A stretch of DNA of 64,000 nt, taken from assembly GCA_965222225.1 (NCBI GenBank), contig CBDCTK010000002.1, positions 2,304,001 through 2,368,000 of the forward strand, in the 5' to 3' direction. The stretch's first letter is position 1, and every line of letters starts with the position of its first letter. The position numbers and the translations under genes were made by a program. The notes beneath the pieces were generated by a model. That model was not told the DNA's origin and did not search any database. It was given only the letters and a program-made list of their open reading frames with translations. The stretch is from Candidatus Poribacteria bacterium (GTDB taxonomy: Bacteria; Poribacteria; WGA-4E; JAJDTR01). Shown piece by piece: positions 21,009-30,178 of the stretch.

Positions 21009-21995
21009 ATGTTTACGCTTACAACTCCTCGCTATTTTACGCTAGTTGCTGGCTTTGCTGTTATCCTATTGTCTTTAGGATGCAGTGACGAACCGGTCGA
21101 CAACATCAGAGACCCATCCCCCCCGGGAAGTACCGACGCCCCCTCCACGATTTACTTCCCCATGTCTACCGGTAACCGCTGGGTTTACCGAAATCCCGAC
21201 GGCTCCGAATGGGCGCGCGAGGTCGCCCAGTCGGAAATTATTGAGCACGATTCCTACTATTCTTTCACCTATAATCCGCCACTAGCAGGGGAGCATCCCG
21301 ATTTTATCAAATCGCCTACCTATGTCGTTGCACCAGACGGCATTTTCCTCCTAAACAAGAAAAACGACATAAACGACGCTGTTTGGCAAACTGTTCTGCT
21401 TAGCCAAGGCGATTTCTCGGGCTGGTCCAGAGGGCACAAATTCAGTAACGGCGTTTGGAGCATACGAAGACAGCATGACGACATTTTAGTCTACCTTTTT
21501 TATTCCCAAATACGCGTCACAGAGCACAGTGATTTTACTCTGCTGCATTTCCCGCCCGATGACCCCCAGCGGAGAAAAGTAATTCATATGACGATAACTG
21601 GAAACGAAAACCTTAACCCTGAAGCTTACGTCCACGGTTTTGAAGCCAAAGTGTGTATATGGGGAAATACGTCTTTCGAGCCCGTGGTAACGACGTCCAT
21701 AGGCGGATTCGAGAACTGCCTGAAAATTGAATGCGACGTCGAGACAACGCCTGTCAAAACGCTGGTGTACAAACCAGGTGAGTTACGGGCCAACAAAACT
21801 GCAGAAGCAAACAACGCGTTCCTAGAGCTTTTAGAAGATGAGCTTAACAGCGAACTAACAAAGCTTCTCCCGAGTCTAATGCAAACCCTGAATTTGCAAA
21901 CGATGTGGCTCGCCCCAGGTGTCGGTCCCGTCAAAATCGAAACTCCTAACGGCATCGCCGAATTGATTGACTACGACATCAAGCCAGCACAGTAA
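21009..21995 (+). CDS. Hypothetical lipoprotein
   Basis: SLGC lipobox; YFPMSTGNRWVY and WLAPGVGPVK motifs. Confidence 0.8.
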   Translation: MFTLTTPRYFTLVAGFAVILLSLGCSDEPVDNIRDPSPPGSTDAPSTIYFPMSTGNRWVYRNPDGSEWAREVAQSEIIEHDSYYSFTYNPPLAGEHPDFIKSPTYVVAPDGIFLLNKKNDINDAVWQTVLLSQGDFSGWSRGHKFSNGVWSIRRQHDDILVYLFYSQIRVTEHSDFTLLHFPPDDPQRRKVIHMTITGNENLNPEAYVHGFEAKVCIWGNTSFEPVVTTSIGGFENCLKIECDVETTPVKTLVYKPGELRANKTAEANNAFLELLEDELNSELTKLLPSLMQTLNLQTMWLAPGVGPVKIETPNGIAELIDYDIKPAQ

Positions 21996-22039
21996 GCTAC
22001 TTTACCAGTAGAAACCATAGAAGTCTTCCCTACCCCCTT

Positions 22040-22255
22040 TCACTTGCCATATTTGAACCGCCCAATAGCATTTGTTCTGCGAGTTCGGCACGGGTATAAC
22101 GTACAAGTATCTTAGGGTCACGCCACCGCCCGGCAGTTTGCATATCAACAAGCGTAGCCCCAGTTTGCGCAACAACATCGCCGAACCAACCCGCAGGGAG
22201 TGTCCCGAGATAAACCCACCAATACCCGATGCCATACCTGTTCGCGCCCACGTTC
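22040..22255 (-). pseudogene. Cre-like recombinase C-terminal remnant (degenerate)
   Basis: FISGHSLRVGSA, AQTGATLVDMQTAGRWRDPK and RFKYGK* in shifting frames; homologous to 30179..31135. Confidence 0.85.
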
Positions 22256-22445
22256 CATTCTTTTGTACTTCATATAACGTCTCGGACGCTCGTCCATCAT
22301 TTGACCAAACAGCATGAATCAAGCAGTTACAGTGAGATTTCTGTTGATTAACGAGTGCAAAACAGATAAAATGGCTTTCGTCTATCTCCAAAATGAGCAT
22401 CATACCTCGAAGCGATAATGTACCAGATTCACGATAAACCCAACC

Positions 22446-23876
22446 ATGGCAGCAAAACCGCCAAACATCCTGTGGATATGCACCGATCAGCAACGCCATG
22501 ACACTATCGGTGCCTTAGGAAATCCTCACATCCGTACACCGGCGCTTGATAGCCTCGTCGCCGAGGGCGTCGCCTTTACTTCAGCCTACTGCCAGACACC
22601 GATCTGTACGCCCAGCCGCGCCTCTTTCCTGACCGGTCGATACCCCAGCCGCCTGGGCGTCAATAGCAACAGCAATGCCCGATTTCCCGATGACGCACGG
22701 TTAGTCACCCGCACGTTGGCGGATGCCGGTTACGACTGCGGCATGGCGGGCAAACTTCACCTATCCACAGTTACGCGCCGTGTAGAACCACGCCCCGACG
22801 ATGGCTATCGCGTCTTTAGGTGGTCGCATCACCCCCGCCCGGAAACCTACTGGGAAGTTCAACACCACGCCTATCACCAGTGGCTTGAGGAGCAGGGCGT
22901 GGACTGGTTCGATTACTATCCGACTCGACCTTGGGCGGAAAAGGCACATGCGTCGGTTGGCGCCGGCATTGAGACCCAATACCACCAGACAACCTGGTGC
23001 GCAAACGAAGCTATAGCCTTCATGTCCGAACCGCGCGAAGGTCCCTGGCTGATGAGTGTCAACCCGTTCGACCCGCATCCGCAGGGAGCGTTCTTCAGCG
23101 CGCCGCAAGAATATCTCGACAAGTATAACCCTTCCTTGCTGCCCGGTCCCCACTTTCGAGAGAGCGACTTGGCAAACCAAGCCCGGCTGCGGGACGTCGA
23201 CTTCCAATCCACCGCAACGCGGCCGGAAGAATACCCGACGCGCGAGATGCAGGCGGCGTATTACGCCTCGATCGAGCTGATAGACGCGCAAGTAGGGCGG
23301 ATGCTTGAAGCGCTAGAGCGCAGTGGACAACGCGAGAACACCGTCGTCATCTTCATGAGCGATCATGGGGAGATGTTGGGCGACCACGGGTTGACGCGCA
23401 AGGGTTGCCGTTTCTATGAAGGGTTGGTGCATGTTCCGCTCATCATTTCGTCTCCAAGCCGGTTCCGGCAGGGCGTCCGAAGCGGCGCGCTGGTGGAGTT
23501 GATTGATATCGTGCCTACCTTGCTCCAACTCGCGGGACTTGACGTGCCGGTCGACGTACAGGGGTGGTCGTTATTGCCAATTTTGACAGGGGAATCCGCC
23601 GCGGATAGTCACCGCGATGTCGTGCGTTGCGAATACCGCGACGCCCTTGACATGCCCGGCAAGAGCCATGCCGACATGATCTTCGACGGGCGCCACAAGC
23701 TGGTCGTTTACCACGGCACCGGGCTGGGCGAACTTTACGATCTGAAGGAAGACCCGCACGAGTTTGACAACCTGTGGGACAGCGTGGAAGCGGCAAAAAT
23801 CAAACAGGAATTGCTTATCCGCTTATTTGATGACGTGGTGTTGGCGGCTAATGAAGGCCAACCCCGAATCGCATAA
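22446..23876 (+). CDS. Sulfatase (formylglycine-dependent, Cys-type)
   Basis: PNILWICTDQ, CTPSRAS, GKLH, SDHG and ELYDLKEDP motifs. Confidence 0.93.
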   Translation: MAAKPPNILWICTDQQRHDTIGALGNPHIRTPALDSLVAEGVAFTSAYCQTPICTPSRASFLTGRYPSRLGVNSNSNARFPDDARLVTRTLADAGYDCGMAGKLHLSTVTRRVEPRPDDGYRVFRWSHHPRPETYWEVQHHAYHQWLEEQGVDWFDYYPTRPWAEKAHASVGAGIETQYHQTTWCANEAIAFMSEPREGPWLMSVNPFDPHPQGAFFSAPQEYLDKYNPSLLPGPHFRESDLANQARLRDVDFQSTATRPEEYPTREMQAAYYASIELIDAQVGRMLEALERSGQRENTVVIFMSDHGEMLGDHGLTRKGCRFYEGLVHVPLIISSPSRFRQGVRSGALVELIDIVPTLLQLAGLDVPVDVQGWSLLPILTGESAADSHRDVVRCEYRDALDMPGKSHADMIFDGRHKLVVYHGTGLGELYDLKEDPHEFDNLWDSVEAAKIKQELLIRLFDDVVLAANEGQPRIA

Positions 23877-23898
23877 TCTTTACTCTACTCGTACATAT

Positions 23899-23924
23899 GT
23901 AGGGTGCGCACCGCGCACCAGCCT
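23899..23924 (+). repeat. GTAG-type REP hairpin (empty form)
   Basis: GTAGGGTGCGCACCGCGCACCAGCCT. Confidence 0.8.
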
Positions 23925-23949
23925 TTGAAAACGCCCGTCAGCAGGTTTG

Positions 23950-24032
23950 GATCAAGCGACCGATTAGGGAGTTGAATCTTCTATCGCCCTCTTTATTCAG
24001 TCGATTGATCGATAGAGATCCCCTTGCCCCGC
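23950..24032. repeat. Cluster of 37-nt units in both orientations
   Basis: + partial at 23950, - full at 23974..24010, + 3' piece GATAGAGATCCCC-TTGCCCCGC. Confidence 0.75.
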
Positions 24033-24155
24033 TGACGTTGCGCGGAGACAAGGCTTCTAACTCCGCTCCACACAAGATTCTTTACCCTGTCCACGTAATC
24101 ATTGTCATTGCACCTGAATTTTAGAGACGTGGTATAACAACAATGGAGAAACAGC

Positions 24156-25019
24156 ATGACCCAACCCCTGCGTATTGTATCAATCGGCGCGCATCCGGCT
24201 GATATATTCGATCAATCCGGCGGCACTATGGCTCACCATACGAGTCGAGGCGATTATGTCGCCTGCGTCGTATTGACTCATGGCGCTCGCGTGCACGACG
24301 CCGTCATTAGCGACGCCATGTTTCATCGTGAGGAGATTCCGGATCAAGCCGAATTGATGAAGTTAATGGAAGATCGATCGGATGTCAAGGCAGAGGAAGT
24401 GCGCGCCGCATGCAATATCGTGGGAGTCAAGGACATCTACTTCTTTGGAGCGGACGATGCGGTACTCCTTGTCACGGAGGACATGGTCAGACGCTTGGCG
24501 AGACTGTTACGCGAGTTGCGCCCCGATGTCGTTTTGACCCATTTCCCCAAAGAAAACGACGCGCTCACCAACGCGCACGCCATCGCAGGGCAAATCGTCA
24601 TGCACGCCATTTCCCTCGCTGGCAGCGTGGATCCCGGCGATCGGCATCCCCCCCACCGCGTGGCGGCAGTCTTTTTCTTTGGCTCGGGCGCGGCTGCAGT
24701 ACCCGCCAACGTATGGCGATCGGAGGGCGGGTTTTACAACGATGTATTCATTGACATCACGGATGTTGTGGACAAGAAACTCGCGGCATTGGACTGCTTG
24801 GTGAGTCAGGGTTATAGCGGAGCTTACGCCCGCAAGCGGATTGAAACCAGTGACGGCGCGTTCGGCGTAGCGGGCGGATGCGCTTACGCGGAAGGTTTCA
24901 TCTCCATGAAGGCTGAGACCCACTACTATCTGCCGGTTACGGAACATGCGCTTGAAACAGCTCGTTCATCCGACCACGAGCTGATAAAGCAACGATCCTA
25001 TCGAATCCCGGTTGATTGA
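24156..25019 (+). CDS. PIG-L family deacetylase-like protein
   Basis: GAHPAD, RELRPDVVLTH, IDITDVVDKK and YAEGF motifs. Confidence 0.85.
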   Translation: MTQPLRIVSIGAHPADIFDQSGGTMAHHTSRGDYVACVVLTHGARVHDAVISDAMFHREEIPDQAELMKLMEDRSDVKAEEVRAACNIVGVKDIYFFGADDAVLLVTEDMVRRLARLLRELRPDVVLTHFPKENDALTNAHAIAGQIVMHAISLAGSVDPGDRHPPHRVAAVFFFGSGAAAVPANVWRSEGGFYNDVFIDITDVVDKKLAALDCLVSQGYSGAYARKRIETSDGAFGVAGGCAYAEGFISMKAETHYYLPVTEHALETARSSDHELIKQRSYRIPVD

Positions 25020-25116
25020 AGATTCTTTGATATAGTAATTAGCATTCATATTCGCACATATATGAATTGTAAGAAACTTCCAAGAATAAACTTACACTTC
25101 TATTTAGATCTGACCC

Positions 25117-25186
25117 GCTCCTGCCGGATTAACAAATCCAGCAAATCTTTATCTAGCTATTCAGCTTCCATTCTTTCGCTCTGGAG
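25117..25186. repeat. ~70-bp repeat with hairpin, copy 1
   Basis: Closely similar to 49143..49212. Confidence 0.75.
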
Positions 25187-25211
25187 GAGTTCAAAGGAAT
25201 GAATATTGACC

Positions 25212-25380
25212 GATCAACTGAGTGGATAACGAAGGCGATAGTAAATCTTGATAGCGAATCCCGATAGAGATCCCCGCCGCTTTCACTTCCCATAGAAGAA
25301 CCGCGCCTTATTTTTTGAGTTAAGATCCGGAGCGATCCCACGAACTAGCAACTGAGCGATTAGCGAAGGCGGTAGAAGAT
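25212..25380 (+). repeat. 37-nt unit with triple 3' stutter plus a partial copy
   Basis: GATCAACTGAGTGGATAACGAAGGC-GATAGTAAATCTT-GATAGCGAATCCC-GATAGAGATCCCC; partial copy at 25349. Confidence 0.8.
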
Positions 25381-25454
25381 ACCGCACTATGAGCAGATCC
25401 GCAAATCGCAAAAATCTAAACTTTTGTGTTTTTTCCCTTCAAGGAGATTTATTG

Positions 25455-25622
25455 ATGACAGTACGCACTTTGTTTTGGGTTATTCTCGAAATCGGTGTTG
25501 ACATTCTTCTTTTGTACATCGTGCTTTCCAACAGCACCGCGTGGTTCCGAAAAGTCGTCAAATGGATTATAGCAGGAATCATCGTTTTGGACATCCTCGG
25601 CATCATCGACTACACTGTCTGA
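25455..25622 (+). CDS. Small two-helix membrane protein (55 aa)
   Basis: AAGGAG RBS; two hydrophobic segments. Confidence 0.6.
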   Translation: MTVRTLFWVILEIGVDILLLYIVLSNSTAWFRKVVKWIIAGIIVLDILGIIDYTV

Positions 25623-25865
25623 AGATTCCTCAAGGGGCTTATAGGATGATTCCATGGACTCGGGCCTTACCAGAGAGAAACAGAGTGAGTCGCGCGAGTG
25701 CTGCCGACAGGTGAAAGTTCCGTCGGTCTATTTCCCGCCACATTTGCAATTCCATTGCCATGGCCGGGGCGTCTCCGCGAACTTCAATGGGAGAGCGCAG
25801 TTCAGCTGTGTCGTCATGGCAAGCCGCCGGGAGAGTTCGTCAACCTGACCGTCATCACTGGCTGC

Positions 25866-26707
25866 CTAGTCATCAGTATCACGCTGGTGTCTTTCCGCAT
25901 CACGCTCAACTTGCTCCCGATTTCGATAATCTCCAGGAAAGTATGTCCATACAGGGAGCGCTGGCAACCGCAGAGAGATAGAAGTCCAATCAGAATAAGA
26001 ATAACGCGCAAAAAACGAGATATCAACAAGCCGCTTATCCGGCGGGGCGGGGTCAAAGGACATCACATATCCTATCGGACGACATGCAATCTCACAAAGG
26101 CCGCGACTTTTCTCGAAAGTAGCATTTGCGATGCTTGTCATATCCTCCAACGTACTGCAATCTATTTCATCTGGATTCATCTTCAACATTCCCGCTCCAG
26201 CTATGTAGCGGCTACGCACACCCCATTAAAAAAAGCATAGATCCGAAGATCCGGATTTAAGTACCGTTCATTTTTGTAAAGCACGAACTTGACCAAATCT
26301 GGATGGTTATACGAAAACTGTGTGTCATTAATAGAAAAAAACATACACACGATTTGCTTAATCACCCGCAGAGGAAAGATATGAAAAGTGTAGTACAGCG
26401 ATGGTGCGCCTTGTGCGTTCTCAAGCATTTCCATTCCTTGACGCGCCCAAACGGCAAAAGCATCCCCATACCACTTCCCTGTATCATTATTGCATGGTTC
26501 GCAGAGACTATGTGCGCCAACCCCATTCTGCGACATAGTCCATTTTGGTTCTAAGTAGCGGTCGGGGTCTTCGCCGATTAGTTTAAATACTTCTTTGTAT
26601 ACCGTCCGGCAGTTGTTAAACGCCGCCGCAGGGGGCACATGATCAAACGATAATTTTGTACAATCGCGACAAATGCGACACGTGCCAAAGACTGGCTTGC
26701 GAGCCAT
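25866..26707 (-). pseudogene. HNH-like/zinc-binding protein, frameshifted
   Basis: CRIC...DHVPP...LCEPCNN motifs; AGGAGG RBS; one added G in the run at ~26221-26224 joins ORF 25866..26219. Confidence 0.7.
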
Positions 26708-26850
26708 TCAACCTCCTAGACTTCATGAATCCAACGAGGAAGTTAAGGTGCGCCGGGGGATATTTGTAAAACCGTAGACTTGCCATTCAACTACAGCTTT
26801 CTTTATTCTATCCCACATTCCTCGTTCCACCGTCATTCATTTACTATAAA

Positions 26851-26972
26851 AGCACCCCGCTCCGCCAGTTCCGCCGGCGCATAATGCGCCGGCATCTTCG
26901 GATCTGCCCACCTGCCCGCTGTCTGCATATCCACAACTGACGCCCCGGCACGTGCCAGCGACACTGCTGACC
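26851..26972 (-). pseudogene. Cre-like recombinase C-terminal remnant
   Basis: Translates SAVSLARAGASVVDMQTAGRWADPKMPAHYAPAELAERGA in a frame not listed in the ORF track. Confidence 0.88.
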
Positions 26973-27146
26973 GGGCCACCCATAATCGGCTACAACACCC
27001 GTATCGCTTTCGACAAGGGCAAGGGGGTCTACGGTTGCCAATCCCTCCAGCAGCCCTTATCGCACGTTAGACCGGTGAATAAAGCGGTAAAGCGAGTCCC
27101 ATATTTTACAACCGCATCATCGGGAACTATACCGCGACACCACGCT

Positions 27147-27788
27147 TCACCTATCTTCCGCTTTCAGGTGGCGGCCGTATTCCTCTTTCCATCGCTTCCA
27201 CGGCCCATGATCGTAAATTGCACCATTATCATCGACCCGCCACCAGTACACCTTCCCGTTGGCGTCCGCAAAAATTGCAACAGTCTGATAGCGTGATTGA
27301 GGAAGATTCGGAGGACGTACTGCTCGCTGATACGCTTCAAGTTCGACGATGTCGCGGATTGCCGACAACACGCCACTTCGGGTTTGCGGAGCACGCTTGA
27401 TTTCATATTCACCAAAGGGGCGTGGAGACACAATCCATCTGTCGCTTTCCCTCTCCCGGGGGAATAGCAAGTCTGGGTGAGGCAGTGTAGCCGGCGACGG
27501 CGGTCGTGAATGATACGTCTTAGCCCAGACGTAAACTGTGCCGCCGTTGCCGTCGGACACGGCGCGCGTATGTGCTCCACTCTCTTTGATGACTTCCGAA
27601 ATATGACAATCAATCCATAAATTCATAATACTCCAAGGCGCGGGCGGCGGGTGGATACCGGCGGTCGTTTCAGCCGGTTGAAATACGATTGCTGAAGGTG
27701 ATTGAACCTCCCCATAATAAGGTGTACAGCCCAATGATACACACACGGAAATGAACGCTACTATTAACGTCAATTTTATTCCAATCAT
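27147..27788 (-). CDS. Hypothetical lipoprotein
   Basis: AAGGAG RBS; hydrophobic stretch ending in SLGC. Confidence 0.7.
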   Translation of the reverse strand: MIGIKLTLIVAFISVCVSLGCTPYYGEVQSPSAIVFQPAETTAGIHPPPAPWSIMNLWIDCHISEVIKESGAHTRAVSDGNGGTVYVWAKTYHSRPPSPATLPHPDLLFPRERESDRWIVSPRPFGEYEIKRAPQTRSGVLSAIRDIVELEAYQRAVRPPNLPQSRYQTVAIFADANGKVYWWRVDDNGAIYDHGPWKRWKEEYGRHLKAEDR

Positions 27789-27972
27789 CCCAATGTTCTC
27801 CTTATTCCTAACAGTAGACATCTTTCCAAAATAATCTCGGAGCCCGATGGCATCCACCTCTGCCCTAATTGGCTTGGGAATGACATCAATCGTCGGAACA
27901 CCGATGCCACCCGACTTCTGTCCACCACATGGATTAATTAGGAAAGATGTCCAGTGTTGTCTTCAACATCGC

Positions 27973-28343
27973 TTACTTGCCATCTTTGAACCAAGCGATA
28001 GCGCCCCGTTCCGCCAGCTCCGCCCGTGCATAATGCGCCGGCATCTTCGGATCTGACCACCTACCCGCCGTTTGCATATCCACCACCGACGCCCCCGCCT
28101 GAGCCAGTGACACCGCAGACCCCACACGAAGCGAGTGTCCAGAGATGAATCCCTCCACGCCCGCCTCGGCAGCCCAGCGCTTAATCGCGTTCCGCGCTCC
28201 GTTCACCGAAAGCCTATCTGGTGTGATATGCTTCTGCCAGCCCACTCTCCGGAACAGAGCCCCCTCCTCTATGCCCCCAGCCTTACAATATCTCCGGATA
28301 GCCTTGTGAGTGGGCGCTCCGACATACAGCGTAGCCCCCTCAC
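27973..28343 (-). pseudogene. Cre-like recombinase C-terminal remnant (~120 codons)
   Basis: EGATLYVG...GALFRRV...SGHSLRVGSAVSLAQAG...RWSDPKMPAHY...FKDGK*; N-terminal part absent. Confidence 0.92.
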
Positions 28344-28410
28344 TTCAGCACGATACTTGTTCCTTTCCCAAGTGTTAACCACGCCATTCCCATATCCATT
28401 CACGCTTCCT
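28344..28410 (-). pseudogene. 3' remnant of the recombinase-associated small protein
   Basis: SVNGYGNGVVNTWERNKYR matches SVNEYGNGAVRTWDKNRYR of 29829..30158. Confidence 0.75.
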
Positions 28411-28449
28411 CATTTTCGTCCAAGCTGTGATTTCTACTATCGCCATTTG

Positions 28450-29052
28450 TTAGTCTTCGCTCCGTATAAACTTTGATGTGAGAAAACACACATCCTCCTC
28501 TGTCAGCTTTGGAAATTCCCTGCGAATTTCTTCTTTACTGATATCTCGGAATGACGGCTGACGTTCGCGTAGTCTTCGTATACAGTATCTGTCCTCCTCA
28601 AGTCGTGGTCTGACGAGCTCCAGCACACGTTCGTAACTTTTCACCTCCGTATAATACCATTTAGGCTTAATCCGCTTCTTTTCCATGTAATACAAAGAAA
28701 AGTAGCAAGCGACGCCTTCTTCCAAATTGGTAGCGTCTTCAATGCGTACCGGTGCCAGCAAATGAACCGTTTCATGTGCCATTTGAAAACATGCCTTCGA
28801 CATCTTCTGCGCAGCCGATGAGCTAAGCCTAATTATGATTTTCTTGCCTTCAAACCCCTCCGGATACCTGATTTCGGGATCATCGCCCGCGAATTCAATG
28901 CCAAGAATTGTGTACGAACAGTCCCGCCGTTCGAACAGGTTCTCTGCCATTTCAAGCATGAGGCCCAGTCGCCGTCGCAACTTTTGTGCATATTTACCAT
29001 TGGTTCCAGCAGGGTGTGCAACAAACAGTTCCTCAATGTTTAACTTTGGCAT
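28450..29052 (-). CDS. HEXXH zinc-metallopeptidase-like protein (ImmA/IrrE-like)
   Basis: FQMAHETVHLL followed by LEEGVA; GAGG RBS before ATG 29052. Confidence 0.65.
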   Translation of the reverse strand: MPKLNIEELFVAHPAGTNGKYAQKLRRRLGLMLEMAENLFERRDCSYTILGIEFAGDDPEIRYPEGFEGKKIIIRLSSSAAQKMSKACFQMAHETVHLLAPVRIEDATNLEEGVACYFSLYYMEKKRIKPKWYYTEVKSYERVLELVRPRLEEDRYCIRRLRERQPSFRDISKEEIRREFPKLTEEDVCFLTSKFIRSED

Positions 29053-29479
29053 AGATTCGTTTCCTCTTCCAGTGTTTTGAGTTTCGTGGGCATGTGAGTC
29101 CACGGGACACTTATTGCGCATAACTGTAATTAACACGCCTTTCAAATCAAAGGAAATTAACGATGAATATCAACTTGTTGTTAAGCCACAGGGTCAAGTG
29201 TTTATTTTTCGTTGTGCCAATGCTCCTGTCCATTGGTGTTTTCGGCGTTTTTTCGAGGCGTTCTGGTGGTCTTACCCTCAAGCAACCTCAAACTCTTGAA
29301 TTTCAGCCCATTGCTTTCGCTTTCATGTGAAATTATGCTATCATCATCGGGTGCTTTTGTCCGTTTAAGGCAATCAAACGCCAATCTACACCAAAACACG
29401 CTTTACTGTTGCAAATCACTTTCACGCGCACTGCGGCAATCCTATCCCTTGCCGTCGATGTCTGAACTGTTACAGAAGA

Positions 29480-29662
29480 ATGTTTATGTCCGCTCAAATC
29501 ATATTTTCGGCAGATGATCCAGCCGCGTTGATCAAACTCAACTCCGAGGGCTGGAGTTTACGGCGACTCGCCGCGCGTTTCGGCGTATCGCACATGACGA
29601 TTCAACGACTTCTCCGTCGCCGGTTCCCGTACTTCAATCTTTATCGCGGCGATATCGTCTAA
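29480..29662 (+). CDS. Small helix-turn-helix protein
   Basis: GWSLRRLAARFGVSHMTIQRLL is a typical HTH. Confidence 0.65.
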   Translation: MFMSAQIIFSADDPAALIKLNSEGWSLRRLAARFGVSHMTIQRLLRRRFPYFNLYRGDIV

Positions 29663-29832
29663 ATCGCCGACCTTGCGAACAAAAGCGCACTGGTGGTAAT
29701 CGACCGCATTCCCGGACGATGCCTTGATGTACCCCTGGACGCCCTCACCGTATCGAAGAACAACGACGCCACGAGTATCAATACCAGATGAATCGCCACG
29801 CTCAACAGAAAAGTATTCATGCGATTTCTCAT
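29659..29832 (-). CDS. 57-aa ORF with a TonB-like SxxxH signal anchor (probably truncated)
   Basis: GGAG RBS; ATGA overlap with the upstream stop; begins MRNRMNTFLLSVAIHLVLILVASLFF. Confidence 0.5.
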   Translation of the reverse strand: MRNRMNTFLLSVAIHLVLILVASLFFDTVRASRGTSRHRPGMRSITTSALLFARSAI

Positions 29833-30158
29833 TTGATTCTCCCTTCACCTAGAGTTGCCAACCGATACCTGTTCTTGTCCCAGGTGCGTACCGCGCCGTT
29901 CCCGTATTCATTCACGCTCATTTCCGCCCCTGGTTCGCCATCTTTGCCTTTCACGCTAACCAACCCGCCCATTGTGCCGGGGAATATCCACACCGCACCA
30001 TCCGGATTCTCCACGACTAACTCTGTGCAGGTTATCTTCCCAAAGCTAACATCCGATTGGCTTTGCGCTCCCACTGGCGAGAACGAACCCACCACCATCG
30101 TTAGAATTGCCCCGACAACACCACCAATCACCGCCGCATAGATCAATTCTCGTTTCAT
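29829..30158 (-). CDS. Small exported Gly/Val-rich protein (paralog of 31142..31696)
   Basis: AGGAGG RBS; AVIGGVVG...FSPVGAQSQSD..FGKITC. Confidence 0.8.
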   Translation of the reverse strand: MKRELIYAAVIGGVVGAILTMVVGSFSPVGAQSQSDVSFGKITCTELVVENPDGAVWIFPGTMGGLVSVKGKDGEPGAEMSVNEYGNGAVRTWDKNRYRLATLGEGRIK

Positions 30159-30178
30159 CTGTTTTCCTCCTTTTTTGC

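Noticed and set aside
29558-29848. 96-aa minus-strand ORF from the track
   Set aside because: The RBS and ATGA coupling favour the 29659..29832 frame, and this ORF overlaps the HTH gene antisense.
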